DNA of 64,000 nt from Kondoa subrosea (lineage: Eukaryota): the NCBI GenBank assembly GCA_039545335.1, contig BCIN01000001.1, positions 496,001-560,000 on the forward strand. Reading direction: 5' to 3'. Shown here piece by piece: positions 14,076 to 27,149 of this stretch. A program made the position numbers and the translations under genes. The notes under the pieces are model-generated. The model saw only the letters and a list, made by a program, of their open reading frames with translations, did no database searches and was not told the DNA's origin. The first letter of the stretch is position 1. Each line of letters starts with the position of its first letter.

Positions 14076-14170
14076 TTGAGCGATATTGTTTCAAGACAAC
14101 CTTAAAGCGACGCCAAAGCTCACGCGAAACATGAATCGGTACAAGTCAGCTTACGTTACAAAATGATATA

Positions 14171-15031
14171 CTAGAGACTGTCGATACACTGAACACCAGC
14201 TGCTGTCAATTCCTGCTCAGCCTTCCTCGTCGCTTCTCCCCCGCCAACAGCTCGACAGGCTTCACGGACTACAATCGTATCAAAGCCATCCCGTACCGCA
14301 TGCAGAGCCGTAGCTTTGACACAGTAGTCTGTAGCCAGTCCAACGATATATACCTTCCTGATACGCTTGGCGTGAAGATGAGCTGTAAGTAATGAAGATG
14401 AAGTAGATTCGCTTGTAGAGGCAGGTGATTTCGTCGAGCATTCAAAAGCGGAATACGCATCAGTTTTGAGTTCTGTTCCCTGTGATGCAATGCGACTTCT
14501 AAGCTGATCAAAAGTGTATGAAATCAGATAACTCACTTTATGGACGACATGCACCAGATCAGCTATTGAATCATCCTCTAGCGCTTGAGATAGCCGAGGA
14601 TGTAATGCAGCTCCTCCGTCTCCTTGTATCTGTTGACTGTATCAGCAAACATAAGTCACAGGATTAGATCGCTTACACAATGATCAGGCCAAAGTGTATC
14701 TTCTTGACCATCTTCTTTGATCCGCGTATCGAAAGGTTTCTTTCCTTCATGAGAAGAAGCGAAGGAGATATGTCCTTTTACTGAGATTCAGCTTTCCCTT
14801 CAATTCATTTCTCTCGAGCGGGTCACCTTTCGGATGCCAATCTTGAGACACTACAATCGAATTCCAAGGTCTAGAAAGCAAAGATAGGACAGGAGGGATG
14901 ATAGACTCTGCATCGGGGACAGCTAAAGATCCAGAAATGAAATCATTTTGAATCTGATCAAAGAACGGGCATGAACGAGGCTCAGATGCAGTAAAAGGAC
15001 AAAGTACATCAACAAGTATAAGAGCAGACAT
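14171..15031 (-). CDS. PNC1: Nicotinamidase/pyrazinamidase (isochorismatase family)
   Basis: ALILVDVQNDF..GSLAV, QDWHP, LWPDHC, YSAF, VGLATDYCVKATA. Confidence 0.9.
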
Positions 15032-15278
15032 CCAAAGGTCTAAGTGGGTGCCAGACACGTCGTTCGAAACAACAGCTGCTTCTTAAGTTCTTGTGAGCAA
15101 TGGATGCAATTGCTTAGTAAGCAGCAATGTCGGTATTTGATATCACCGATCATCGACGTGGAGGCTCCGCGATGATGTTCACCGTACTCGCAACAATCCG
15201 TTTCCATTTCTACTCTCTCTATGTCACAATTTCTTGCCATCTTTTATACTACACGCAACACACGTTGCACCTTTTGCT

Positions 15279-16770
15279 TCACTTCTCAGCCAAAGCTCTC
15301 CTCTTTCTAGCATCTCTTCGAATCATGTTGTTAGCTCTGGGAGCCAAATAAGTCTTGAGATGTTGCTGTACAGGTAAAGCGAGTGAAGTAGGAGCATCGT
15401 AATCAACTGAGAAGACAGAGACGCTTGATTGACAAGCGGTGACGCTGCTCAATCTTGTCAGCCGACTGGACATGTATAAAGCAGATAAGGAGGACGTACA
15501 CTTCAGTCTCGCCTGGTAGATCACAATTTCCGGTGATACATCTGTTTAGACCAGGTCGGACGTCGTTGACATAAACAGGGAAGCCTGCGTCGTTCCTATT
15601 CCACCTTATGTCAGATTTAATCTGGCTCTCATAACCAAAGCTAACGCACAGGACGAAATCATTGATATAAGCACCGCCTGAAAGACGAGACAGAACGTAA
15701 TCGGGAGCAGAGCAAGATTCGTTCAATTTAGGGAAGTTGACATTAAGACCAATACCGAGCGGAAGAACTCTGTCGCCTTTCTTTGTTCCGTCAGCTAAGG
15801 CGCTGCAAAGGCAGGATCAGACATCTTGTCGGCCCAATGAGAAAGAAAGACCTACTTGACCAGATTGGTAGCTAAACCAGCTGCGAGTCTGCTAGTGTCT
15901 AAGGGATCATCGGTAAGGTTGAAGTAAGGTCGAGCTTTGCTGTCTCCTGCTGAGAAGGCGATTGCTGGAACTCCCCACATAACGGAATCATAGGCTCTGT
16001 TCCACATACGTCAGATTCTGAGAGCGAGAAGTGTCGGGAAAGACTAACGCTCCGCAAGTACCAGATAGCGAGTAGACGAATTGTCCAAGATTCGTGCCGG
16101 TGTTGATACCGCTGACGACTAGATCAGGCTACGCAAGTATAGTGTCAGTATCATTTAAGCTTGCTGCAAATCGTACAGAGCTTACTGGTCCGCCGAAATA
16201 TTCATCTGTGATCTTTGTCAACGCCCACTGGAGGATGATCAGCTTGTGAACATATGCGGTCAAGAATCATGAGCGTACCAAAGCACAAGCCGCCGGAGTT
16301 CCGTTAACTATTATCTCATCCCTTAGTCGATTCCCTGACTTCGCCTGAAACTACTCACAGTATCGGATAGACTATGGCATGCCAACTTCAGTAAGGAATT
16401 GGATCATGAACGTGCAAGCAACTCACTGGATCGTCAGCTTTTTCTAGTCCAACCCAATAGCTACCAGGTTCGATCAATCCATACAATCCACCAGATTCCG
16501 TAACATTGCTGGTAGGCAATACGACAGTTCCTCCCGTTCCAGCTAAATCTCAATGTATGAGCTCTTCAATCCCGCATTCAAGATAAAGTGGTACTCACAT
16601 TGATTCTCCAATGGTCCTACGATCAGAGTGTGATGACCTGCTGCATCTAGAGCTTGTTTGAAAGCTCGAATGTTGGCAGAGGCAAATCCATCATCATTAG
16701 TCATGAGGATGTTCAGATTAGCAGCTGCGAAGCTAGCCAAAAGCGCAAGGGAAGCCAAAATTGAGCGCAT
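15279..16770 (-). CDS. Secreted SurE-like 5'/3'-nucleotidase / acid phosphatase
   Basis: Signal peptide then NILMTNDDG; NGTPAAC; DLVVSGINTG.N.G; SGT.GA; GVPAIAFS. Confidence 0.9.
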
Positions 16771-17264
16771 ATTGTAGAATGATGGTAGGTAAAGTGCAAG
16801 GGAGAAAGAGAAGGATAGTGAGAGATTGGAGCAAGCGGGAAACGTGCATGCCAAGTCAGTGGGCAGAACTATTTCTGCTTGCCAATGTTGTATCATGCGG
16901 AATTTGAGTCAGTTCCTTATCGCTAATCATTCTTCCCTGCCGTGTCTCTGATACCTAGACTGAAATCTGCTCCGGGAGTTGTCCGCCGATTAGATGCAGC
17001 ACTGAGAGAAGCTGTCTGTCGAGCACAGCAGAGCAAAAAAGAGCGATATATTATGTAAGGAAAGAAGTGAAAAAAGTGAAACCAGGTTGTGTTGTGAACT
17101 CCGGACGAAACGAAACGACATGCAAAGCAGTATCGCGACAGTAGAAGCTAGGGCGAAGTAGGACCTTCGACGTTCGAGAAGAACGATGCTGGGCAAAATT
17201 CACTGAAGTGGATGTTGACCTCGAACTAGGAAGCAAGAGACCTTCGGAACGCACAAGGGATTGC

Positions 17265-19141
17265 ATGGACGGCCTGCTCTCACTAGAATGTACAACAGAA
17301 GAGCTTCAGGGGATAGTAACACGAGTAATGGCTGGGTTGAAGCAAGAAAGCGAAAATCAACAATGGCTCGACAAACAAAATCATTGGAGCACCAATTGTG
17401 CGTACAAGCCCTGAGTAGCAGAAGGAGACGTGTGGCTAATACTGCTACAGATGCTGCAATACTTACGGAGCTGATTGGAAGACTGGTTTGGGCGTTTCGC
17501 ATACAATCTCGTATGTCAATAGGTTATGTCATTGCTTGTGAACTATCTAACGCAAGCCCAACACACAGAAGAACATCTTCAGGCCGAGGTCAAGTTGCTG
17601 AGGCAAGCCTTGCAATTGCTTCAAGGTTTACTGCTGCTTCATCGACCAAGTGCTCAGCTGTTCGAGCGACAGTCCAATTTGCAGGTAATGCCGTTCTCCT
17701 TCGCCGATCGTCACCTTCTCATCCGTGCATCTAGATCCTTCTCTACCTCCTCACCAATTTCTCGACACAATCGAGCAACAACAACGGTAACACTACGCCA
17801 ACCACAACATCAGAACTGCCTATTCTTGTTCTAGATACCTTTCTATGCATCTTGGCTGATAGACCAAAGAATATTAGAGCTTTTGAGAGGCATGGAGCGG
17901 TAGAACAGGTAGTCAAGTTACTTCGATCGAAAGAAGCATCAAAGCCAGTCAGGTATATGTGTCGTTTATTCACCTGCGAATAGATCTAACAAGCGGATGT
18001 GTGCAGAATCAAATGCCTTGAAGTGCTATACTTCTATCTTCTACCGGAGACATCAGACGCACCGCAAGCCAGTCCAGCTTTACCATTCTCAGCTGTCATT
18101 CCCTCAGCCGCGAAACTCTATTCTCCGTTGGCGGCATCGCAATCTGCTCCTCCTTCACCAAATAAAGTACGAACGACTACAATGGACGGTTTGAAGCATT
18201 TGCTGGAAAAGACTGAAAGTGCATATGTTCCGCGAACACCTCGTAAACCGCGACCACCTTCTACCTCTCGACGAAGCACAACCGTGATCCATATTCCTCA
18301 TATGCCGAGAGAGGAAACACCTGATTTACCTTCACCTCTACCTTCTTTCCTCAAGGAGAATCGACAAGAACAGACACCTCCTTCTTTCCCCTTATTATCA
18401 TCAAGCAAGAAAACAGCAGCTTTATCTTCTACACCGAGATTACCAGGTCAAACTCCTCTGCGACAACCTTCCTTCGATTCACCTTTCACCTCTTCACCTC
18501 AAACGAAAAGAAGTAGTAGACCTGCTCCATTGCCATTAGGAGCCAGTACCAATCTGCACGCTTTCAACACACCTCCTTCTTTGTCCAATTCACAATCTTC
18601 TTTCTCAACTCCAGCAACAGCTCCTTTACCTACTACTATTGTTTCAACTCCGATAGGAACACCTAATAAAGGAGAATCATCATCATCTCGATCGGCTAAT
18701 GCTTTAAGTAGAAGTAGAGCAGCAAGAGAACAATTTTCACCTAGGAAATCTTTGTTGGCTGCTAAACCTTCAACTCGACCAGGAGGAGGAGGAGGATTGA
18801 CGAGTTCTCAATCACATCAAATAGATTTGAACAGAGTTGGAAATATAAGCAGTACAAGAAGAAGAACTTCGGTTGAAGATATAAAAAGAAGAACTTCTTT
18901 GGAGATTGGGATCAAGAGGAAAAGTATGAATGACGAAGGAGAAGAAGATGGGAAAAGGTTGTCGAGTGGAATGTCGAGCAATTCATTCGTTACTGCTTTA
19001 GCTTCACCAAGAGAAGAAGGAGTAGGGCAGTGGAGGAAGAAAAGTGTTGAAGAGAAGAAAACTTATTTGGCTCAACATTTGGGTAATGTGGATGAATTGG
19101 TGTCACACATGAATATAGGCTTAGGTCTGAGATCGGCCTAA
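17265..19141 (+). CDS. SIN component Cdc14-like protein (S. pombe cdc14 family, not the phosphatase); start uncertain
   Basis: ALQLLQGLLLLHRPSAQLF, LDTFLCILADRPKNIRAFE, IKCLEVLYFYLLPE, C-terminal KSVEEKKTYLAQHLGNVDELV. Confidence 0.8.
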
Positions 19142-19211
19142 ACGACATTCCCCTTGCACTTTATTAATCGTTGTTCTTTGAGAAGTGTTATTCACAAATG
19201 TATTTTGTCTT

Positions 19212-21040
19212 CTACTTAACAACCCTCTGAATAGAACGTTTATGAATTACTCCTACGATCGACACAATTGACCACATGTCGGTGCCCTTTGAACATCGCT
19301 GCACATGGCCGGGCTCTTGTATAACTTCGGTGTAGCCCAATCTCCATAATGACTGCTCTCGTACATTATCAGAAATGGCTTCAATCGCAAACATATTGAC
19401 TGACCTCCAAAATCCATCAGGTCCTTCATCAGTCGTTATCCTCACGTGCAAACTGTTCTTTAACAACTCCCTTCCTAATTCTTTTTCCGCATCATTGTAG
19501 TTCCACATCCACCTCAAATCCCACTCTGCATATCCAGCCAATTGAGTAACCAAATCATACTTTTCCGCTTTAATCAAATGAGGAATAGCATGAGCAACGT
19601 AATTCGGTTCCAGTATATGGACACCCGATTCCTTTTCGAGCGATTCGAGATGAAAGATGGAATAGATGTATCTTCTATGCGCTATTGATGATTCATCTGA
19701 TTTGAATGATGGGTGTCGGTTATCCGCTTCGTGCGATGGTGCAAGCAAAGTAGCTTGCGGTGGTAATAATAGAGTACGATTGGATGATTTAGCGAAAGAT
19801 AAGAGCAATTGAACAGTTTGTTCTAGTTGATCGTAGGTTCCACTCAAAGCTGAGATTGAAAGGATGCGAGGTGGTGATGTGTAGTAATGGTTGATGTCCT
19901 GCCAATGACCATACGAGCCAGCGAGATAGAACTTGAGGTATTGTGATTCGGCACAAGATGTGTGTAGTACAACAGCTCTGACGTAAAGTCAGTCAGGAAT
20001 GCTGTTAAAATCATATTGCAACTTACTCGGACGGATATAGCCTGTCATTCGAATTGTCAAGCATGATCGGGGCAATTATAGGAAGATGCTCACCAGCCCA
20101 TGTGGAAGCCCCAGAAATATTTGACATCAACAATAACCACTTTCAAGCCAGTAGGAGAAGTGAATTCAGGCAAACCACCTACTTTCCCATCTTCCAGTCT
20201 CCTCATATTCGTAGCATCAAGCAATTCGTTTACTACGCCTTGGTCGAAAGAAGGGACTGGAGAAGCAAGCATATGATCGATCACAGCTTGCCAGAAAGCT
20301 GAAGTGGCTGCTGTGCCTCTCATATAGAGGTAACCAATATTGACCATGTTTTCGCGAGATTCGTCTTGAATTTGTAAATCCCAGGACGGATCGCTCAGAG
20401 GTCTCATATGAGGCCGAGGGTCTCTGCAATTGTATTAGCACTAGTCTTTTGGAACGAGAAACGATCGGACTTACGATTTGAGAAACACATCACCATCAAG
20501 CAAAATGACAGAATAACCCTCTCCGAGCAATTCTCTCATTCCTTCAATCTTAGCCCAAACAGCTATCGTAGCTTTATTCTCCGTAATTTCCAGCTCTGCA
20601 GGAACTGAAAATCGATAACCACCATAACAAAGCCAACCTTGCTTCTCGCATTCAGTCAAACATGATTCATCTGTACAGAAGAGCAACATTTCTTGCTTGT
20701 CTTGCAAAGATTGTAAGAAGAGAGATAGATGAGGAACTGCTTTTCTTGCATAGTTTCCATCTGCTAAAGTGACCCATAAAGTAGGATTTGCTTGAAGTGG
20801 AACTTGATTGTTTAGGAATTGCAAGAGTGATACGTTTTCTCCGGATTCGACCCTATTGCCTCTACTGGAAGAATTGAGAGTTGGCGAAACATGATAAAAG
20901 AGCACAAGCAGAAGTAAGCCAGTGAGTGCTATTCCAGACTTGAGCATAAAGCGAGAATTTCTTGCTGATTGCTGCTCTGGCTGGTTCATCCATCTTGGGG
21001 CTGTTTCCTTGTCAATCGAACGCATCCTGATGTGTTCCAT
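19212..21040 (-). CDS. Nucleotide-diphospho-sugar transferase (GT77-like), type II membrane protein
   Basis: N-terminal TM helix; WAK...LL..GYSVILLDGDVF (DxD); NIGYLYMR.T; DQGVVNELL. Confidence 0.8.
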
Positions 21041-21438
21041 TTCCGACTATTTCACGCAAACGCCAAAATCGCAGAGGGAAATGGGGATATCTAGCTAGCT
21101 AGCATACAGGTAGTGGTGGTACATCTATAGGACATAAGGATATATATACAATGGACGGTTGATCGCCAACCCTTGTCTTTATGACCCATGCTACGCGTTC
21201 GCACTCGTCCCGTATTTACGAGCTTCAAAGTCTGCGCCAAAGCTTCAAAGACGCGTCAAATGACATAACATACGAACGTACCGTACAAAGAAGCTGAGAG
21301 AGCGGTAGTCCAATATGTCGGATCCGACAGGTTATGCATGACTGTAAGCTCCCTGGACCCATTACTTCACGGATGAAGATAATAGGACAAGGAGCTTACA
21401 TATCTTGTCAATGACCGCATCCACAATCCTCCTCCTCT

Positions 21439-22018
21439 TTATTCGGTATAAGCCCTTTGGACTCATCTGCAGCTTTCTGAATCGCTTGAGCTAATTGAAT
21501 GTCATGATCCGTGAGAGTATTGCCCGCTGCATGAGTGGTGAGACGTATATCCACTCTATCTATCTATCAGGTCATCCAACAATTAGAGACGGATGAAACT
21601 GACTTGTTATAAACCTATACACATGCGGCCATTGCATGATCTTTCATGCGAAACAAAGAACACAGGCGTACGTTCTGTAGGATCATCAGTAATGCTTCAC
21701 GGAATTGACAGAGCACACACAGACCATTCAGGATGATCTGTCATTCGCAGCACAATTAGTTTCACGCTCTCTTCCAACCTGAGCTCCAATGAACACACGT
21801 TGTAACCTCATACAATCCTGAGCGATAGTATCCATGAATCGCCATGCTCCCTTGAATCCTTTGAAAGTAAACTTCCGACTCAAATAACCTTGAGGTTCCG
21901 TTTTCCAGCCTTTCTCTACTAATGCTTGCACATCAGATTGCAAAGCAGGGACATATGTAGGTTTGGGTGCCATTCGGCTTGCTGTAAGCGAAAGAAATCG
22001 GAGTGAAGTTGGACGCAT
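21439..22018 (-). CDS. Pterin-4-alpha-carbinolamine dehydratase
   Basis: RKFTFKGF..AW.FM, spliced HHPEWSNVYNKVDIRLTTH, LT..DI.LA. Confidence 0.9.
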
Positions 22019-22117
22019 GAGGTCAACAAAGCAAAATGTTATTACGTGGGATGGGATTACTGTAGACAAACGAGAGAAGACTATTCTATTGACCCTGCTA
22101 TTCGACTTGATATATGA

Positions 22118-23521
22118 CTAGACGTGGATGCCTTTCTCTTTGACCAACGCTTGCAAGGAAGGATCTTGCCATGGTCTGTCAAAACGACATCTCCGATTAG
22201 CTGAGAACAGCTGTAGGGAGATGATCGACTGACCCTGCATCTGATAAGTTGCAACCTCCTGGGCATTTGCAGGTTCCACCTGGGAACATAGCGGGAAGAT
22301 TTTCTGCTGGTATTTGAGCAAGCAGTTCAGCTTGTGTTGAACTAGAGGAGACGATGTTGATTTCTGTAGGGTAGCGGGAAACAGGCCATCAGTCAATGCT
22401 GACCATATGCTCCTCCACCTACTAGCAACGGTGACCTACCAGATTACATCAGGATGCAGTTCTCGCGCAAACGAAAGCTAACTTACGGGATCTAACCAAG
22501 GCTTGACCCATGACCAAGCACTGGAAAAGAGATATGGTGCATTGATAATATAAAACTTGCCCATAGTTTCTGCAGAACACGAGATCCCAGAAATTTAGTC
22601 AAACCCAAATCTTCGAAAGTCGCAACCTGCCTGGGTAGTAATCCTGACTAATTTTGGCAGCTTCTTGAACAAAAGTCTTGACCTTCCAGAATTGCGAGAT
22701 TCCAACACCAGCCAGATCCATAATGGTGCATGAAGTATCAACAATTTCACCATCCGTTCTCATAGCCGTGCAGATCGGCAGTCGATCGCGCAAGAACTTC
22801 TCATACTCTACTACTAAACGTTGAAGTTGTCTTTCGGGTGTAGTGACGGTATAGAGCTTGTTTAGGTCCAACTTGCCCAGTTGCTCAATATATAGCGGTC
22901 TACCATCCTGTTCGCATTTCAACTCTCAATCGAAACAGATTGGCACAAGAGTAGGCATGACGAACCTTATCGGTCTTGTGGTAGAATTGAGGGTAAATCC
23001 GACTGACTTCTTCCTTCTCCTTGTATTCAAAAGATTGGTACAACTCATCGACCTTGAATTCTCTTCGCCATTTCTCAGAATCACTAAACATGAGCTTAGA
23101 CTTTGCTAGGTCGAATTTCCGAGCGCGAAGAAAGCGTCTGTCCATTATCCAAGCATGTCAGCATATGGTGCATTATGCTTGAAATGCGATTGGACGGACA
23201 GGAGTGTAGCATCTGAATGCGAGGGTGGTGGACCAGGTCTGTACAGTCCAATGCTGACCAGTTCCTGTGCGATTTCAGTTGTACGATGAGCTGAATTGAC
23301 AGCATATCCCTCTGACGCCCGCACCTGTTTGAATTGGTCTAAGGTTGTCTGTTGCTCTGCTGTAAGATGACCAGGTCTTCCAGATGTGTTGAGACCAGAT
23401 CCTGGTCCTGCAGCTGCTTGTTGTGAAGCCGCGCTAGATCCCTGCCATTTCAACATCAAATGTCTGTATCACTTGCTTGCTCGGATGAAGGGCGCTGCAC
23501 CTTTCCATGTAAGGACACCAT
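22118..23521 (-). CDS. SEC14: Sec14 phosphatidylinositol transfer protein (CRAL-TRIO)
   Basis: [62 protein letters not shown]. Confidence 0.92.
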
Positions 23522-24017
23522 TATTCACTACTATAGTGTGTATATATCAGAGGAATGCAAAAGTAATCGACGTCGTTGCTCCTTGAAAACGTTGACGAGG
23601 TCTACCTCAAACAATTTCATGCTCAACTGGCCCTCTTCTGCCTGCTGCTGCTTTGCACGGACTATATGCTGCTGTTCAATCGACTTTCAGACTGATATTT
23701 TGCATAATTTCGGAATTGGTCTAGCGCTTCTATCCTCTACATGCGGACCTGTCAGCGCGAGTTTCTGACATCTATGCTCTGCTTATTTTTCTCTCTCTTC
23801 CTCTTCCCTCTCTTCATAAATCTCTGAGAACTCCTGTCGCTTGGCTCGCACGTCCACTTCTTTCTATCGAGTACAGCCCCGTCAAACTAGTCCCAAGCCT
23901 CGAGTCTACTACAGCGGGCCAGTTTCACTTGGATATTACTTGCCAAGTAAATACTGGGGGCACATTGCTTCGTGCTCCGTTTCACTGTCGTCCTTTCACT
24001 TGTCGCAAACGAACACA

Positions 24018-25388
24018 ATGAAATTATCTTTCTCTCTTCTTGCAATCGCTGTGACTCTCTTCCCGTGTTCATTCGCTATCTGGGAAGATATAGAACAAGG
24101 TGAGCACCGTCCCTCTCTTCCCATTCAAAGTTGAACATGAAGCTAGGAAATGGAAACGCTACTTTTCTACGAGACATCCTTACAAGAAACAGAGCGATAG
24201 CACAAGAACGCAATCGGACAGATCCTGGATTCTACCCTTCTACTATTGCCAACCCACAAAGACCTTCTGGTATTCTAATAGGTTGGTCTAAAGATCTCCA
24301 CAAGAGCGAGTTGACAAGATCAATGATGCTCTCGTAAAGCTTGTAGTGATTCAAGACTTCCAGACGCTCTGATTGCTGGACAACGTTCTGGAGAACTCTT
24401 TGTGGTCCGAAATATCGCGAACCAGGTCTTACCTGAAGAAACGGCTGTGCGTTCATCAAGCAGCTAAAGAGAATCCAACTGAGAAGATTCATGGCAGGCT
24501 AGAGCTTCTGTCGAATACGCTATAGCTGATCTAGGAGCTTATCGAGTAATAGTAATGGGTAAGCTTGTCCGAAGTCTAGTTTGACATATCCGCTCACTAA
24601 TCGTTTGTCTATAGGTCACGATGGATGTGGAGGTATTTGTCCTTTTTACAGTGTCGACACAATACTGAGACAAGTACAGGCGTCAATGAAGGCCATGCAA
24701 TCGCTCAAGCTCAAATCGCTCGTAATGCTGGTTACGAAGTAGAAGACTTTGAGTCCCACTATCCGGCCGCTGTATCGAAATGGCTCAGTCCGATAGTAGA
24801 TATGGTCAGTCCTGCTCTCGCTTCTGACATACCGATGTCTCAAATGAGAAAGTGATGGACAGATGTTACCTATCCTACTCACTAGTCGTTCGGATTCACC
24901 GTTGATCAAGAACCGTAGACGTAATAGAGGAGTAGAACATTTTGATCTGCATCGACATATACATCAAAGAGCTCAACGACGTACAGAAGCGGATGCAGCC
25001 AATAAAGGAACTGGCGAGACTTCTCTAGGACAATTGACGATTGAGAAGGCTGGATACCATGATGCTAGTCTGAGATTGGGAGTTGAAGAGAACGTCAAGT
25101 CGAGGAATCAGGGCGCGTTCAGTGTATTGACTAATCCAGTTCGGGAATAGCGTCAAGTGAACAATCTGGCCAATGATGTCTTCATCCAAACCGCATGGGC
25201 ACAAGGAAAGAATGTGTCTATACATGGGTGAGTCTTCTGAAGGTGACCTCACTCAAAGCTGATCTTCGCTCAGATGGGTCTATTCCCTCTCGACTGGCTT
25301 GATTAGAGACCTAGCCGTCTCTCGCTGTCTAGGTGGCTCCTGCTACAATGAAGGAAGGCTAGATGGGTTTGGGTCATTGCAAGGTTGA
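24018..25388 (+). CDS. Beta-class carbonic anhydrase with signal peptide
   Basis: Spliced [50 protein letters not shown]; hydrophobic N-terminus; one splice junction near 25099 is problematic. Confidence 0.88.
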
Positions 25389-25675
25389 TGCATTGCATTG
25401 GAAGGTGCTAGTCTCTTCTTGCGGTGAGGTATCGTAGCAGCCGGTGAAGTGCCAATCTTCCAAGTTCCCAATCTTCCTGTGTCATATCTTTCCAACAGCC
25501 TAATTTTTATCGCGAAGTCAGTCGACCTCGAACTGATACCACCATCATACCCCGCAATTGATTATACCTTAGCTCAAAGCATACCGAGGATCAACGTTCC
25601 TCTCTGGGTAGAACTGTTCGAGCAGCGAATTGGCGTACAGGAGGGAGAGATTTGGGCTGAATCTAGAGTGAAAAG

Positions 25676-26814
25676 ATGGCTACTGAAGCAATCATGGAAT
25701 CTCTTCTTACTCCGGAGATCATCAAAGACATACAGCAGCAAGTGGATCGTATCGTCGCATTGGCTCGCAAAGATCCAGAGCAAGGCTTCTCAACTATGTG
25801 GAAATTTCAAGGCCAATGCTGCGAAATGCGACAGCTGGGTTTTAAGGAAGCCATACACCCGCATTTTGTGTGCTTTGTTCGACTCATGTGTTCACAGCAC
25901 CCCGAAGTTCTCTTGATCATGCTTCTCAACGAAGACAGTCGACCAATCCCCACAATTGTATTGTGCAAGCATATACAAGCAGCTGCTTGCTATTTTCTTC
26001 ATCTACCTGAGGATTTCATTCGTGATTGGTCAATCCTGCTCTTCAGCATTTTGTCTACGGTCACATTCTGCCTTTTATTGAATTGAACAACGAGAAGCAT
26101 GGAACAACAGCACAATTACTCTTGTATATGCAGTACTGCATTAGTAATTTCGCCTCCTTCTGGTCAGCCCATCCGATTTGGTGCACTCGAGCCTATGATT
26201 CCGTCAAGCACAATACATTTGAATTTCTTCAGCACAAATCGTTGACTGGCGACGTCGTCAAGGATTTAGAAATACTTATGCACCATCTATGGGGGAAACA
26301 GCAGGAAGTGCAGCCAGTGCCGGAAGCAGAAGACTTACAGATGGTCGACTGCTTGGGTCGTTTGCAGGTTGTGACGGTTCTGGTTGGTCATCGATCGGCC
26401 TATGTGAATTGTTGGCCGGGTATGGAAGATGCGTTGGCGATAGAAGATCCTCGGAGGCGAGTTCGTCACCTAGAACGGATTGCTATGCGAAAGAAAGAGG
26501 ACATCCGTGAGTCAGAAGCGTTGTGGAGACGTTCTTTGCACGGTATTTGTCAAATTTGTATGTCCTGCGGAAACCGAGGCAAGAGGGGGATCGGAGGTGA
26601 AAAGTATTGCGCGGACTGTGGTATTCAGACGTATTGTAGTATGTTCTCTTCCTCATACAACTAGAAGCCCGGCCTTACTTTTTACTACAGGTCGTCAATG
26701 TCAAGCTAAAGGTATGCCAAACCCTTTTCAACCTCGTTTAGCTCTAAAGTCCATACAGATTGGAAGACGCACAAGCTAGTCTGCTCCAAGATCAACAAGA
26801 TCCAGAAGGCATGA
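25676..26814 (+). CDS. C-terminal MYND zinc finger protein; apparent frame discontinuity at ~26028
   Basis: CMSC...CADC...YC.RQCQAKDWKTHKLVC; two ORFs in different frames join near 26028. Confidence 0.7.
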
Positions 26815-27149
26815 TAGCTACAGGATTGAGATGGCTTAGTATCCAACTCAACTGGTTTTCTTGTTCCGCAGATCAGCTGCATCCACTGTCGTAGATGATC
26901 TTCTCAATCTACGCTTCATTCGTTTATCTCTTGTTCTCGGCTACGTGTTCACTTTGTTGTTCCACCTTCTAGTCTGTTTGATGACTACGATATTCACGGG
27001 CTCGTCCTCTGCACAGAAGTCTGCATGTTGAGCGTTGTTGTGCCTTTGCTTACTCAATATTCCCTTTGTCTTTGAGGTGTTTTTGTTTTCGATTCACTTT
27101 GGAATAAGCTTCGCAATTGTCCTCTGACTCTTCCATTCAAGATATACAA

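Noticed and set aside
21316..21329. Perfect palindrome TGTCGGATCCGACA
   Set aside because: Isolated 14-mer with no supporting context
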